Shown in pieces: positions 17,749 to 26,960 of a stretch of 64,000 nucleotides of DNA (the first letter of the stretch is position 1; every line of letters begins with the position of its first letter). Origin of the DNA: Acidimicrobiales bacterium. Its GTDB lineage: Bacteria; Actinomycetota; Acidimicrobiia; Acidimicrobiales; CADCTF01. A program made the position numbers and the translations under genes. The DNA lies in contig DATLGL010000064.1 of the NCBI GenBank assembly GCA_035540495.1, positions 68,265 to 132,264 of the forward strand, read 5' to 3'. The notes beneath the pieces were generated by a model, which saw only the letters and a list, made by a program, of their open reading frames with translations, was not told where the DNA came from and made no database searches.

Positions 17749-20739
17749 TCAGACGCCGGAGCCGGAACCCACCCCGTCCGGCGCGAACCCCTGCCGCAAC
17801 GTGTTCTCGGTCACGACCCGTGGCTCGAGGAACTGGAGGAGGTAGTCAGGGCCGCCGGCCTTCGACCCGACCCCAGAAAGCCCGAAGCCGCCGAAGGGCT
17901 GCCGTCCGACGACGGCTCCCGTCGTCCCCCTGTTGATGTACACGTTTCCTGCTCGCAGTTCCGCCGCAGCACGAGCGATGTTCGCCGGCGACCGCGACAG
18001 GAGCCCGGCGGTGAGTGCGTACTCCGTGTCGTTCGCGAGCGCGATCGCGTGGTCGAAGTCGCGCGCGCGGAGCACCGCGACCACGGGGCCGAAGATCTCC
18101 TCCGTCGCCAAGCGCGCGTGCGGCTCGACGTCCGTCACGATCGTCGGTGCCACGAACCATCCGCGTGTCGGGACCTCGTGCTGGAGCGACCGCACCTGCC
18201 CCTCGCGGCCGGCGAGATCGATGTACGACCGCACACGCTCATGGGCATCGGCGTCGATCAGCGGCCCGACCTGGACGCCCATGTCGGACGGATGGCCGAT
18301 GCGTAGCTGCGCGGTGGCGCCGACTAGTCGCTCGAGGAGATCGTCGTGGATCTCGTCGACGGCGATCACCCGCGACGCGGCCGAGCACTTCTGACCGGCG
18401 AACCCGAACGCCGAGTACGTGATGGCCGGCACCGCCTGATCGAGGTCGGCATCGGCGTCGACGATCAGGGGGTTCTTGCCGCCCATCTCCGCGATGACGC
18501 GCTTCACGTGACGCTGCCCGGGCTGGTGGCGCGCGGCCGTCTCCACGATCGACAGGCCGACGGCTTTCGACCCGGTGAAGGCGATCTGCGCGATCGCCGG
18601 ATGCTGCACGAGGTAGGCGCCGACGTCCTCGCCGGTGCCAGGCAGGAACGACAGCACACCCTTCGGCAAGCCCCCGTCCTCGAGTGCCTCGACGAGCCGG
18701 TACGCGATGGCCGGTGTCTGTTCCGCCGGCTTGAAGAGGACGCAGTTCCCCGTCACGAGGGCCGCAGTCACCATCCCGGTCGGGATGGCAAGCGGGAAGT
18801 TCCAAGGTGCGATCACCGCGACGAGACCACGGCCGCCGTACAGCAGCTGGTTCCGTTCGCCGGGTGGCGAGTCGACGGCTCCGCCGGCCGCCAGGCGGAT
18901 CATCTCTCGGCCGTAGTACTCGCAGAAGTCGATCGCCTCGCAGACGTCGCCGTCGGCCTCCTTCCACGGCTTGCCCGCCTCGAAGACCATGAGCGCGGCG
19001 AGCTCGTCGCGACGGGCCCGCATCCACGCAGCGGCCCGGAACAGCACCGCTGCTCGTTCATGGGGAGCCGTCGCGCTCCACGATCCGAAGGCGCGCTGTG
19101 CCGCGTCGATGGCCGAGTCGACGTCAGCGCGTGTGCACGATGCCGAGGTGGCGACGATCCGCTGAGGGTCTGCCGGATCCACGGAGTCGATCGTCTGCGG
19201 TGTGCGCACGCGATCGCCCGCGATCACGGCGGGCACCGCGATCGTCGCGTGGCCCGCAGCGTCGGCCACCGCGGCCGCGAAGCGCGTCCGGACCACCGAC
19301 CGACGGAACTCCCCGTGCGGCTCGTGCGAGTAGGGCCCGGGTGCGGCGGGGTCGGTGTCATCGCCTTGCCGCGGAGGAGCGAGGTCGGGCAAGGCGCCGA
19401 CGTCGGGCGGGCGGATCAGGTCGTCGAGCGCGCGCCCCTCGGCGAACCGATGGCGAACGAAGCTCTCGTTCGATGTGTTCTCGAGCAGGCGACGCACGAG
19501 GTACGCCATCCCCGGCACGAGGTCGCCGACCGGGGCGTACACGCGCAGTCGCAGGCCGAGCCGCTTGATCGCGGCATGGATCGGCTCGGCCATGCCGTAC
19601 AGCATCTGGATCTCATACGCCGCGTCGGGGATGGCCTTCGAACGGGCGTAGGTGATGGCGTATGCGAGCGAGCGGAGGTTGTGCGACGCGAACGCCGGCC
19701 GCACCGCCGCGCGGTGGTCGAGCAACAGCCTCACGAGCCGCTCGTAGTTCGCGTCGGTCTCGTCCTTGCGCTCGAAGACGGGAACGGGCCATCCCTCCGC
19801 CCGCGCCAGGATCGTCTCGGAGTCCCAGTACGCGCCCTTCACGAGGCGCACGCCGATCGGCTTCGAGCGATCACCCGACCACGCGATCAGCGCGGCGAGA
19901 TCGTCACGGGAGTCCTTCAGGTACGCCTGGATGACGACACCGGCGTCGAGGTCGACGAACTCCGGCTCATCGAGCAGCTCACGGAACAGCTGCAACGTGA
20001 GGTCCTTCACGTCGTAGTGCTCCATGTCGAGGTAGACGAAGGCGTCTGCGTCGTTCGCGAGCCGCAACAGCGGACGGAGGCGGTCCTTCGCCTGGCGAAG
20101 CCCGTCCTCTCGAGTCAGCGACGAGTAGAGCGACGCAAGCGCGGTGGGTTTGACGCTGACGTTCACACGCGGCAGGCGGCCTCGATCGTCGAACTCGAGC
20201 GTGTCGTCGGGTGCCCAGCTCCGGGTGCGGTCGACGAGCGTCCGCAGGAGCTCCTCGACCCGCGCCGCGTACCGATCGGCTTCTTCCTCCGTGACCGTCT
20301 TCTCGCCGAGGAGATCGACGGTGAACGCGCTGCCGTCGCGCCACAGCCGGTGCAGTCCGTCGACCGCGGCGTCCGCGTCCTGGCCGACGATGAACTGCTC
20401 GGCCATCCGGAGGATGTTGCGCCGCGCGACCGAGGCGGAGACCGCGCCACCGAACGGAACCTTGTCGGCGATGTCGACCCCGAACGCGAGGAGCCGTGGG
20501 GCGTCTGCGCCCTGGAAGTACTCGTGGATGTGACGGAGCACGTCGGCCGAGTCGTGCGTCGCCGGGAAGACGTCGACGAAGCGGAAGAGCTGCGTCTTGA
20601 AGTCCGGGTGCCCCATCGCCCAGGAGAGCATCCGCTCGCTCCACCACGACGAGTGGAAGACCCTGCTCTGCTCGCCTGCCCCGAGCTCCGCGATCGCCCG
20701 GGCGAGCTCGGTGACCTCGGCATCGAGCGGCGTAGGCAC
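17749..20739 (-). CDS. putA: bifunctional proline dehydrogenase / L-glutamate-gamma-semialdehyde (P5C) dehydrogenase
   Basis: N-terminal PRODH part (WWSERML..HPDFKTQLFRFVDVFP...VDLLGE...YLDMEHY). The ALDH part has EMGGKNP and GQKCSAASR. Start set to the in-frame GTG at 20739, 11 nt after the kynU stop. The remaining 563 N-terminal codons of the 1559-aa track ORF are an alternate frame over kynU. Confidence 0.85.
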   Translation of the reverse strand: MPTPLDAEVTELARAIAELGAGEQSRVFHSSWWSERMLSWAMGHPDFKTQLFRFVDVFPATHDSADVLRHIHEYFQGADAPRLLAFGVDIADKVPFGGAVSASVARRNILRMAEQFIVGQDADAAVDGLHRLWRDGSAFTVDLLGEKTVTEEEADRYAARVEELLRTLVDRTRSWAPDDTLEFDDRGRLPRVNVSVKPTALASLYSSLTREDGLRQAKDRLRPLLRLANDADAFVYLDMEHYDVKDLTLQLFRELLDEPEFVDLDAGVVIQAYLKDSRDDLAALIAWSGDRSKPIGVRLVKGAYWDSETILARAEGWPVPVFERKDETDANYERLVRLLLDHRAAVRPAFASHNLRSLAYAITYARSKAIPDAAYEIQMLYGMAEPIHAAIKRLGLRLRVYAPVGDLVPGMAYLVRRLLENTSNESFVRHRFAEGRALDDLIRPPDVGALPDLAPPRQGDDTDPAAPGPYSHEPHGEFRRSVVRTRFAAAVADAAGHATIAVPAVIAGDRVRTPQTIDSVDPADPQRIVATSASCTRADVDSAIDAAQRAFGSWSATAPHERAAVLFRAAAWMRARRDELAALMVFEAGKPWKEADGDVCEAIDFCEYYGREMIRLAAGGAVDSPPGERNQLLYGGRGLVAVIAPWNFPLAIPTGMVTAALVTGNCVLFKPAEQTPAIAYRLVEALEDGGLPKGVLSFLPGTGEDVGAYLVQHPAIAQIAFTGSKAVGLSIVETAARHQPGQRHVKRVIAEMGGKNPLIVDADADLDQAVPAITYSAFGFAGQKCSAASRVIAVDEIHDDLLERLVGATAQLRIGHPSDMGVQVGPLIDADAHERVRSYIDLAGREGQVRSLQHEVPTRGWFVAPTIVTDVEPHARLATEEIFGPVVAVLRARDFDHAIALANDTEYALTAGLLSRSPANIARAAAELRAGNVYINRGTTGAVVGRQPFGGFGLSGVGSKAGGPDYLLQFLEPRVVTENTLRQGFAPDGVGSGSGV

Positions 20740-20750
20740 TGTGGGCGAGG

Positions 20751-21989
20751 CTACGTAACCCGTCGCCGTTCCGCTGGCATGGCGAGGTGGCGCCCGGCGG
20801 CAACGGTCGCATCGATGCGCTCGATCGCGTCGTAGACGTCGACGAAGCGGGTGTAGGCCGGCGCAAAGCCCAGCCTGACGATGTCTGGCTCGCGGAAGTC
20901 GGGCACCACGCCTCCGGCTGCGATGAGCGCCTGGCAGATGCGCCACGCATCGTCGTGGCGCAGCGCGACGTGCGCGCCTCGCGCGTCGGGCTGCCGAGGC
21001 GTCGCGACGGTGAAGCCGAGATGCTCCAGCCGTTCGTCGGCGAGCTCGACCGTGAACGCGCTGAGCTGCCGGCCCTTCGCCGCGAGCGGGCCGATCCCCG
21101 CGGCTCGCAGCGTGTCCACCGCGGCCTCCACCGAGCGAAGCGCGGTCACCGGCGGCGTCCCGCTGAGGAACTGGCGGACACCGGGCGCCGGCGAGTAGTC
21201 GGCACCCATGGCGAACTGGTCGTCTGCGCCGAACCACCCCTGGATCGGGTTGCGAAGGTCGCCGTGCAGCCGAGACGCCACGTAGAGGAACGCGGGCGCG
21301 CCCGGACCGCCGTTGAGGTACTTGTACGTGCATCCGACGGCGAGATCGACGTCGTGCGCGTCGAGTCCGACCTCGACTGCGCCGACCGCGTGGCTCAGAT
21401 CCCAAAGCACGAGGGCGCCGTGCTCGTGCGAGGCCCTCGTGATGGCGGGCAGGTCGAGCAGCGCTCCCGATCGGTACGACACGAGCGACAGCGTGACGAG
21501 GGCGATCTCGCCTCGGCGCCGGTCGAGCACCGCGGCGACGTCGGCGGTGGACGGGTCTTCCGGCACCAGCTCGATGTCGACGTCGAGCCCTTGGAGCACG
21601 AACCGATCGGTCGGGAAGTTCCCCCGGTCCGTGACGACCACACGCCGGCGACCCGACGAACGCAACGCCGCGACGGCGAGCTTGTAGAAGTTGACCGTGG
21701 TGGAGTCGGCGACGACCGTCTGGCCCGCCGCCGCTCCCAGGAAGTGGCGACCGATCGCGTCGCCGACCCGCTCGGGCAGGTCGAACCACTCGTCCCACGA
21801 GCCGATGAGCGTCCGCCCCCACTCCTGGGCGACGTGGTGCTCGAGCGCAGCCCGGCTCGCGCGCGACAGCCGCCCGAGGGAGTTCCCGTCCGCGTAGATC
21901 GGCGAAGCGTCGTCGATCTCGAACAGGTCTCGCACCGCGGCCAGCGGGTCGGCTGCGTCGAGAGCTTCGGCGTCGGCGCGAGTCGGCAT
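20751..21989 (-). CDS. kynU: kynureninase
   Basis: IYADGNSLG ... DLAVGCTYKYLNGGPGAPAF (PLP-lysine region typical of kynureninase), at 412 aa. Confidence 0.8.
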   Translation of the reverse strand: MPTRADAEALDAADPLAAVRDLFEIDDASPIYADGNSLGRLSRASRAALEHHVAQEWGRTLIGSWDEWFDLPERVGDAIGRHFLGAAAGQTVVADSTTVNFYKLAVAALRSSGRRRVVVTDRGNFPTDRFVLQGLDVDIELVPEDPSTADVAAVLDRRRGEIALVTLSLVSYRSGALLDLPAITRASHEHGALVLWDLSHAVGAVEVGLDAHDVDLAVGCTYKYLNGGPGAPAFLYVASRLHGDLRNPIQGWFGADDQFAMGADYSPAPGVRQFLSGTPPVTALRSVEAAVDTLRAAGIGPLAAKGRQLSAFTVELADERLEHLGFTVATPRQPDARGAHVALRHDDAWRICQALIAAGGVVPDFREPDIVRLGFAPAYTRFVDVYDAIERIDATVAAGRHLAMPAERRRVT

Positions 21990-22012
21990 CGCTCGACAGT
22001 ACGTTCGGCGCG

Positions 22013-22927
22013 ATGGCCTTCGACGTCGACGACTTCCCGTGGGAGCAGGCGGACCCGCGTGGGTTCACGCAGGCGTTCGTGCGGGTGCGCGGCGGTTCGG
22101 TCCCGATCCTCCTCGTCCACGGCTGGCCCGAGACCGCGCGGATCTGGTGGCGCGTGATCGCACCCTTGGCCGACGCCGGCTTCGACGTGATCGCGCCCGA
22201 CCTCAGGGGCTTCGGCCGTTCCGAGGTGGGGCCCGACGGGTTCCACGACGTCGCGTCGCATGCCCTCGATCTGTCCGCGTTGATGCGACACCTCGGCCAC
22301 GAGCGCTTCGTCGCGGTGGGCGGCGACCTCGGTGGCCCCATCATCCAGGACCTCGCTCTTCGGGAACCGGAGCGGGTCGACCGGATGGTGCTGTTCAACA
22401 GCCCGCTCCCGTTCGACAAGGAGCGCATGCAGGGGATGCGGACACGCCCACCCGCGGAGTCGGCCGACTACTTCATCCGACAAGGGACCGACCCCGACGG
22501 GCTGGCGGCCGAGCTCGACACGCCGGACAAGCGCCGTCGCTACGTCGCGACGTTCTACGGCCCGCGGTTCTGGGCCCACCCCGGCGCCTTCGACGCCGAA
22601 GCCGTCGCCTTTCTGACCGAGCCGTTCGGCGACGGCGCCAAGTTGCGGGCGTCGTTCGGTGCGTACGAAAGCGTCTTCCGCTCGGAGGCCCGTGCCGAAC
22701 CGCCGCGCATCGGCCGCAACGAAGCCACGGAGACGATGATCCTGTTCGGCCCGAGCGATCACGTGATCTACCCGGACTTCGATCGCATGGCCGCGGAGGT
22801 GTTCCCGAACCACGTCGGCCCGTTCCTGCTGCGCGACTGCGGTCACTTCGTCCAGTGGGAGGCGGCACGGCCGCTGACGACCGCCGTCCTCACCTTCTGC
22901 AGGGACCTCCTGGCGAGTCAGTCCTGA
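22013..22927 (+). CDS. alpha/beta-fold hydrolase (epoxide-hydrolase-like HGWP type)
   Basis: LLVHGWPETARIW ... APDLRGFGRS ... GGDLGG elbow region. Confidence 0.75.
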   Translation: MAFDVDDFPWEQADPRGFTQAFVRVRGGSVPILLVHGWPETARIWWRVIAPLADAGFDVIAPDLRGFGRSEVGPDGFHDVASHALDLSALMRHLGHERFVAVGGDLGGPIIQDLALREPERVDRMVLFNSPLPFDKERMQGMRTRPPAESADYFIRQGTDPDGLAAELDTPDKRRRYVATFYGPRFWAHPGAFDAEAVAFLTEPFGDGAKLRASFGAYESVFRSEARAEPPRIGRNEATETMILFGPSDHVIYPDFDRMAAEVFPNHVGPFLLRDCGHFVQWEAARPLTTAVLTFCRDLLASQS

Positions 22928-23340
22928 CGGCGGTCCCAATCAGGGTCGAGCTGGTGGAGGAAGTCGTCACAGCGCTCTGCCTCGTCGGTCTCGCCGATCT
23001 CGGCGGCCATCCGGCGCAGCCCGTCGAGGGCGCGCAGGAAGCCCCGGTTGGTCTCGTGCCGCCAGCGGACGTAGCCCGAGCCGCGCCAACCGTTGGCCCT
23101 GAGGGTGTCGAGCCCGCGGTGGTAGCCGACGCGGTACGCGGCGTACGCCTCGATCGGGTCGCGAGCGAGATCACCCAACGTCGCCCATGCCGCGAGGAAG
23201 CGCGGTGCTGACGCGACGACCTGAGCTACGGCGTCACGATCGTCACCGGCGGCGGCGAGCGCGTCGGCGAGCGCTGGTTCGGGCGCGGGGAGGATCGTCT
23301 CGGGCAGCCCCGACGAGAGATTGACGGGCGAGTCGGACAT
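22918..23340 (-). CDS. DUF3151-like conserved actinobacterial protein
   Basis: Start set to ATG 23340 (MSDSPVNL...). YRVGYHRGLDTLRANGWRGSGYVRW..NRGFLRAL matches my recollection of DUF3151. Confidence 0.6.
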   Translation of the reverse strand: MSDSPVNLSSGLPETILPAPEPALADALAAAGDDRDAVAQVVASAPRFLAAWATLGDLARDPIEAYAAYRVGYHRGLDTLRANGWRGSGYVRWRHETNRGFLRALDGLRRMAAEIGETDEAERCDDFLHQLDPDWDRRQD

Positions 23341-23359
23341 TCGGGCATGCTCGCACGCC

Positions 23360-23773
23360 ATGGCCGGGTGCGTGTTCTGCGGGATCATCAGCGGGAGCGT
23401 CGACGCGACGATCGTGCTCGACGAGCCTGAGGTCGTCGGCTTCCTCGATGTCCGACCGGTGTTTCCCGGCCACGTCCTCGTCGTCCCTCGCGCCCACCAC
23501 GAGACGCTGGTCGACCTGCCGGTGGATCAGCTCCCGGTCGTGTTCGGTGCGGCCCAGCTGGTCGCTGCCGCCGTCGTCGAGGGTCTGGGATGCGACGGTT
23601 CGTTCGTCGCGATGAACAACACCGTCAGCCAGAGTGTCCCCCATCTCCACGTCCACGTCGTGCCGCGGCGCCGCAAGGACGGCCTGCGCGGCTTCTTCTG
23701 GCCCCGTCAGCGCTACGACGGTCCGGCCGAGATGGATGAGTACGCGCAGAAGATCCGTTCGGCCCTGGTCTGA
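23360..23773 (+). CDS. HIT-family nucleotide hydrolase/transferase
   Basis: Start set to ATG 23360 (MAGCVFCGII). Histidine triad HLHVHVVPR. Confidence 0.85.
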   Translation: MAGCVFCGIISGSVDATIVLDEPEVVGFLDVRPVFPGHVLVVPRAHHETLVDLPVDQLPVVFGAAQLVAAAVVEGLGCDGSFVAMNNTVSQSVPHLHVHVVPRRRKDGLRGFFWPRQRYDGPAEMDEYAQKIRSALV

Positions 23774-23800
23774 CAGGTTGCTCCACCTATCCTCGGGCTC

Positions 23801-24307
23801 ATGACACGGCGGATCCTTGCGGTTCTCTCGGCGGCTGTCCTGTTCTCTCTCTCGGTCCTCGTGGCGGCGCCCGGCGTCGTGTCGGCGCAGGAGGCGCCCC
23901 CAGGTCCGCCCCCGGTGCCGGCCGAATCAGGTGACGGACGCCGGGTCGTGTACTCGAACGGCCAGCAGCGCGTCTGGCTCGTCGAAGCCGACGGCACCGT
24001 CGCGCGCACGTACCTCGTCTCCGGCCGGAAGAACTACCCGCGCCGAGGCACGTACTCGGTGTTCTCACGGTCGGAGCACACGCGGTCGGGGGCGGTGCGC
24101 ATGCAGTACATGGTGCGGTTCACCAAGAGCGCCCGAACCAACGTCGGGTTCCACTCGATCCCCGTCGATCGGCGCGGCCGGTTGGTGCAGTCGACGTCGC
24201 AGCTGGGAACGCCCCGGTCACGGGGCTGCGTCCGACAGAGCATCGACGACGCCCGCTTCCTGTGGGAGTGGGCCCCGATCGGCACCGTGGTCGTGGTGAC
24301 TCCTTGA
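23801..24307 (+). CDS. secreted L,D-transpeptidase (YkuD domain)
   Basis: Signal peptide, then GFHSIP ... SRGCVRQ (the His / Ser-x-Gly-Cys-Arg catalytic signature). Confidence 0.8.
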   Translation: MTRRILAVLSAAVLFSLSVLVAAPGVVSAQEAPPGPPPVPAESGDGRRVVYSNGQQRVWLVEADGTVARTYLVSGRKNYPRRGTYSVFSRSEHTRSGAVRMQYMVRFTKSARTNVGFHSIPVDRRGRLVQSTSQLGTPRSRGCVRQSIDDARFLWEWAPIGTVVVVTP

Positions 24308-24966
24308 CGGACGCTTCCACCGGATCCCGAGCGTCGGAGCGCGGCTTCGACGCCGTCCTGTTCGACCTCCACGGCGTGCTCACGTCGTCCCCTTGGGCCG
24401 CGCTCGCGGCGGTCGGAACCGACGACGGAAGCGACCAGGCGGCCGTGCTCGAGCTCATGCTCGGTGACTACGCCACCGACACCGACCACCCGTGGCATCG
24501 CCTCGAGCGGGGCGAGATCCCGATGGCGGAGTACGGCATGGCGGTCATGAAGCTCGCGGCCGATGCAGGCATGACGCTCGACTTCTCGAAGCTGCGCGGC
24601 TTCAGCGACCGGATCCAAGTCAACCAGCAGGTCGTCGACAAGGTGCGCTCGTTGAGAAGCGCCGGGTACCGCACCGGGCTGGTGACCAACAACGTCAAGG
24701 AGATGGCCTCCGGCTGGCGCGCGCTCCTTCCCGCCGACGAGCTGTTCGAGGTCGTCGTCGACTCCTCGGACGTCGGCGTGCGCAAGCCGAACCCGGCGAT
24801 CTTCTCCATCGCGCTCGACCGCCTCGGCGGCGTCGATCCGGCGCGTGCGATCTTCCTCGACGACGCACCCGGCAACGTCGAAGGCGCCCGAGCGGCCGGG
24901 CTGTCGGCGATCCTCGTCGACGACGTCGACGAGGCGCTCGTCGCGCTCGACGTGCTCCTCGGCTAG
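24304..24966 (+). CDS. HAD-superfamily hydrolase (subfamily IA-like)
   Basis: FDAVLFDLHGVL (motif I with His at the second acidic position), LVTNN (motif II), K...FLDD (motifs III/IV). Start assumed to be TTG 24304, overlapping the Ldt TGA stop (TTGA). This start is uncertain. Confidence 0.7.
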   Translation: MTDASTGSRASERGFDAVLFDLHGVLTSSPWAALAAVGTDDGSDQAAVLELMLGDYATDTDHPWHRLERGEIPMAEYGMAVMKLAADAGMTLDFSKLRGFSDRIQVNQQVVDKVRSLRSAGYRTGLVTNNVKEMASGWRALLPADELFEVVVDSSDVGVRKPNPAIFSIALDRLGGVDPARAIFLDDAPGNVEGARAAGLSAILVDDVDEALVALDVLLG

Positions 24967-24976
24967 AAGGATCAGC

Positions 24977-25579
24977 GTGGAGCTCCTTCTCATCCGCCAC
25001 GCCGAGCCTGTCAAGATCGTCGAGGCGTCCGGACCGGCCGATCCTCATCTCGCCGAACGCGGGTACGAGCAGGCCCGCCGGCTCGCGGAGTACCTGTCCG
25101 GCGAACGCATCGACGGCGTGTGGTCGAGCCCGATGGTGCGAGCGAAGGAGACGGCCGCTCCCCTGGCCGATGCGCTCGGGCTCGAGGTCGTCGTCGACGT
25201 CGAGCTCGCGGAGTACGACAAGGAAGCGACGAGCTACATCCCGATCGAGGAGCTCAAGGCGGCGAAGGACGAGCGGTGGTTCGCCATGGTCGAAGGCAAC
25301 TTCGAAGAGCGCGGCATCGACCCGATCGAGTTCCAGCAGGGCGTCGTGCGGGCCATCGAGCACATCATCACCGGCAACCCCGGCGCCACCATCGCCGCGG
25401 TCTGCCACGGCGGCGTCATCAACGCGTACCTCGGCCACATCCTCGGCATCAAGCGTCCGCTGTGGTTCGAACCCCGGTACACGAGCATCCACCGGGTGAT
25501 GGCGTCGCGCCGAGGCGACCGGTCGCTCCAGACGCTCAACGAGATCGCGCACCTGCGCGGCACCGACCTCCTCGCGTAG
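24977..25579 (+). CDS. histidine phosphatase (phosphoglycerate-mutase-like) family protein
   Basis: GTG 24977 preceded by GAAGGA. LLLIRHAEP (RHx motif) and a later CHGGVI. Confidence 0.8.
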   Translation: MELLLIRHAEPVKIVEASGPADPHLAERGYEQARRLAEYLSGERIDGVWSSPMVRAKETAAPLADALGLEVVVDVELAEYDKEATSYIPIEELKAAKDERWFAMVEGNFEERGIDPIEFQQGVVRAIEHIITGNPGATIAAVCHGGVINAYLGHILGIKRPLWFEPRYTSIHRVMASRRGDRSLQTLNEIAHLRGTDLLA

Positions 25580-25673
25580 TCCCGCGCGAGGGAACCTTCG
25601 GGAACCTTCGCCTCTCGACACGACGTCGAATGAAGCGCACACTGCGCGCACACGCTCCACGGCGGGAGGCGAC

Positions 25674-26939
25674 ATGACCGACGTACAGATCCCCGACGTC
25701 GACACCTCGGTGGTGGCCGAGCCGGAGGTCGTCGACTCGACCCGCGGCCGCCCGAGATGGCGTCACCCGCTCGTCTTCGTGGCGTGTGCGATGGCTCTGG
25801 TGGCTGCTCTCGTCACGACGGGTCTCGTTCTGACCGGCAGCGGGGACGACCAGCTCGTGCTCTTGCCTCTCGATGCGGACGACGCATCCCCGACCACCGA
25901 ACCCTCGGATGCGACGTCGAGCGATGTCGACGACATGACTCACTCGACGCTCGCTCCCGCCCCGACGGTCGTCGTCGCTCCGCCGCCGACCGCAGCACCG
26001 CCCGCTCCGACGACCGTCATCGATCGGCACGCGGGGACGAAGTACGAGGTCTCGAAGGATCCGAGAGGACGCTGGACGCTCGCCTACTACGACGGGAGCC
26101 GGTGCTTCGAGCTCACGGTCGACACGCGCGTGTTCCCGGGGCTCCTGTGCCGCGTTCCGGAAGCTTCGCCGTCGGAGATCATCGGCCACGCCGTGGTGGT
26201 CGACTCGCCGCAGGGGCGCGTTCTGGTCGCGGCGGCCGACCCTCGGGTGACCGACTTCAGCTCGTATCCGCGCGCCGGCGGCGGCATCTACCACGAGGGC
26301 GTCGCGGGCGCGCCGGCCAGCGGCATCCACGTCGTCGCGGGATCGATCGCCAGCGGATGGAGCGATGTGCTCGTCCGGGGCGGGCCCCACCACCTCGCAC
26401 GCGTCGTCATCCCGCCCGAGAACAAGGCGTACGCGATCCGCGATCTCGAGCGAATCACCGGCAGCCCATACGGCGCCTGGCCGGCGTACAGGAAGGTGAC
26501 CTCGACCGGCTACTACTTCGGCGGCGACCAGGAGCTCGGCTTCTACACCGACGAGCACGGATACACCTGCGGGCTCTATCGGCGGCTCGGCGGCCCGGTG
26601 GAAGGGATCCTCGGCCACGGGTGTGTGCTCGAGAACGGCGACACGCTGCAGATGAGCACCCTCACGCCGATTCCCGGTGCCTACACCCAGGACGCGTTCA
26701 TGGTGTACGCCGTCACGAACGTCTCCGGGGCCGGCCTTCGCCTCGAGCTACCGGACCGGACGACGGTCCCGTCGAACGGTCCTGGGGCGTACGCCGATCC
26801 TCGAGGGAGTGGGTGGATCGCCTTCGCTCACTCGATCTCGCACGTCACGATCCCGGCCGGCGTGCAGACCGTCGACTTCGTCCTCGTCAAGGACGGGGCC
26901 GAGCTCGCTCGCCGCACGGTCAAGGTCCCCGGCCGCTGA
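25674..26939 (+). CDS. membrane-anchored hypothetical protein (421 aa)
   Basis: GGGAGG lies 6 nt before the ATG. One TM span (LVFVACAMALVAALVTTGLVL), an acidic/Pro-rich linker, and a large C-terminal domain. No motif recognised. Confidence 0.6.
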   Translation: MTDVQIPDVDTSVVAEPEVVDSTRGRPRWRHPLVFVACAMALVAALVTTGLVLTGSGDDQLVLLPLDADDASPTTEPSDATSSDVDDMTHSTLAPAPTVVVAPPPTAAPPAPTTVIDRHAGTKYEVSKDPRGRWTLAYYDGSRCFELTVDTRVFPGLLCRVPEASPSEIIGHAVVVDSPQGRVLVAAADPRVTDFSSYPRAGGGIYHEGVAGAPASGIHVVAGSIASGWSDVLVRGGPHHLARVVIPPENKAYAIRDLERITGSPYGAWPAYRKVTSTGYYFGGDQELGFYTDEHGYTCGLYRRLGGPVEGILGHGCVLENGDTLQMSTLTPIPGAYTQDAFMVYAVTNVSGAGLRLELPDRTTVPSNGPGAYADPRGSGWIAFAHSISHVTIPAGVQTVDFVLVKDGAELARRTVKVPGR

Positions 26940-26960
26940 TCACGACCAATCGTGAGGGGG

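Noticed and set aside
20740-22428. N-terminal 563 codons of the 1559-aa track ORF (17749..22428), which would make a giant PutA
   Set aside because: This part is Arg/Pro/Ala/Gly-rich nonsense lying in an alternate frame over the well-supported kynureninase gene. The PutA-like sequence only begins around 20739.
25464-25475. GGTTCGAACCCC, a tRNA T-arm-like string
   Set aside because: It lies inside the histidine-phosphatase coding frame (LWFEPRY), with no acceptor or anticodon stems around it. No intergenic gap in the window is large enough for a tRNA.
26940-26955. TCACGA-CCAA-TCGTGA hairpin between convergent genes as a terminator
   Set aside because: The stem is only 6 bp with no T-tract, which is too weak to call.
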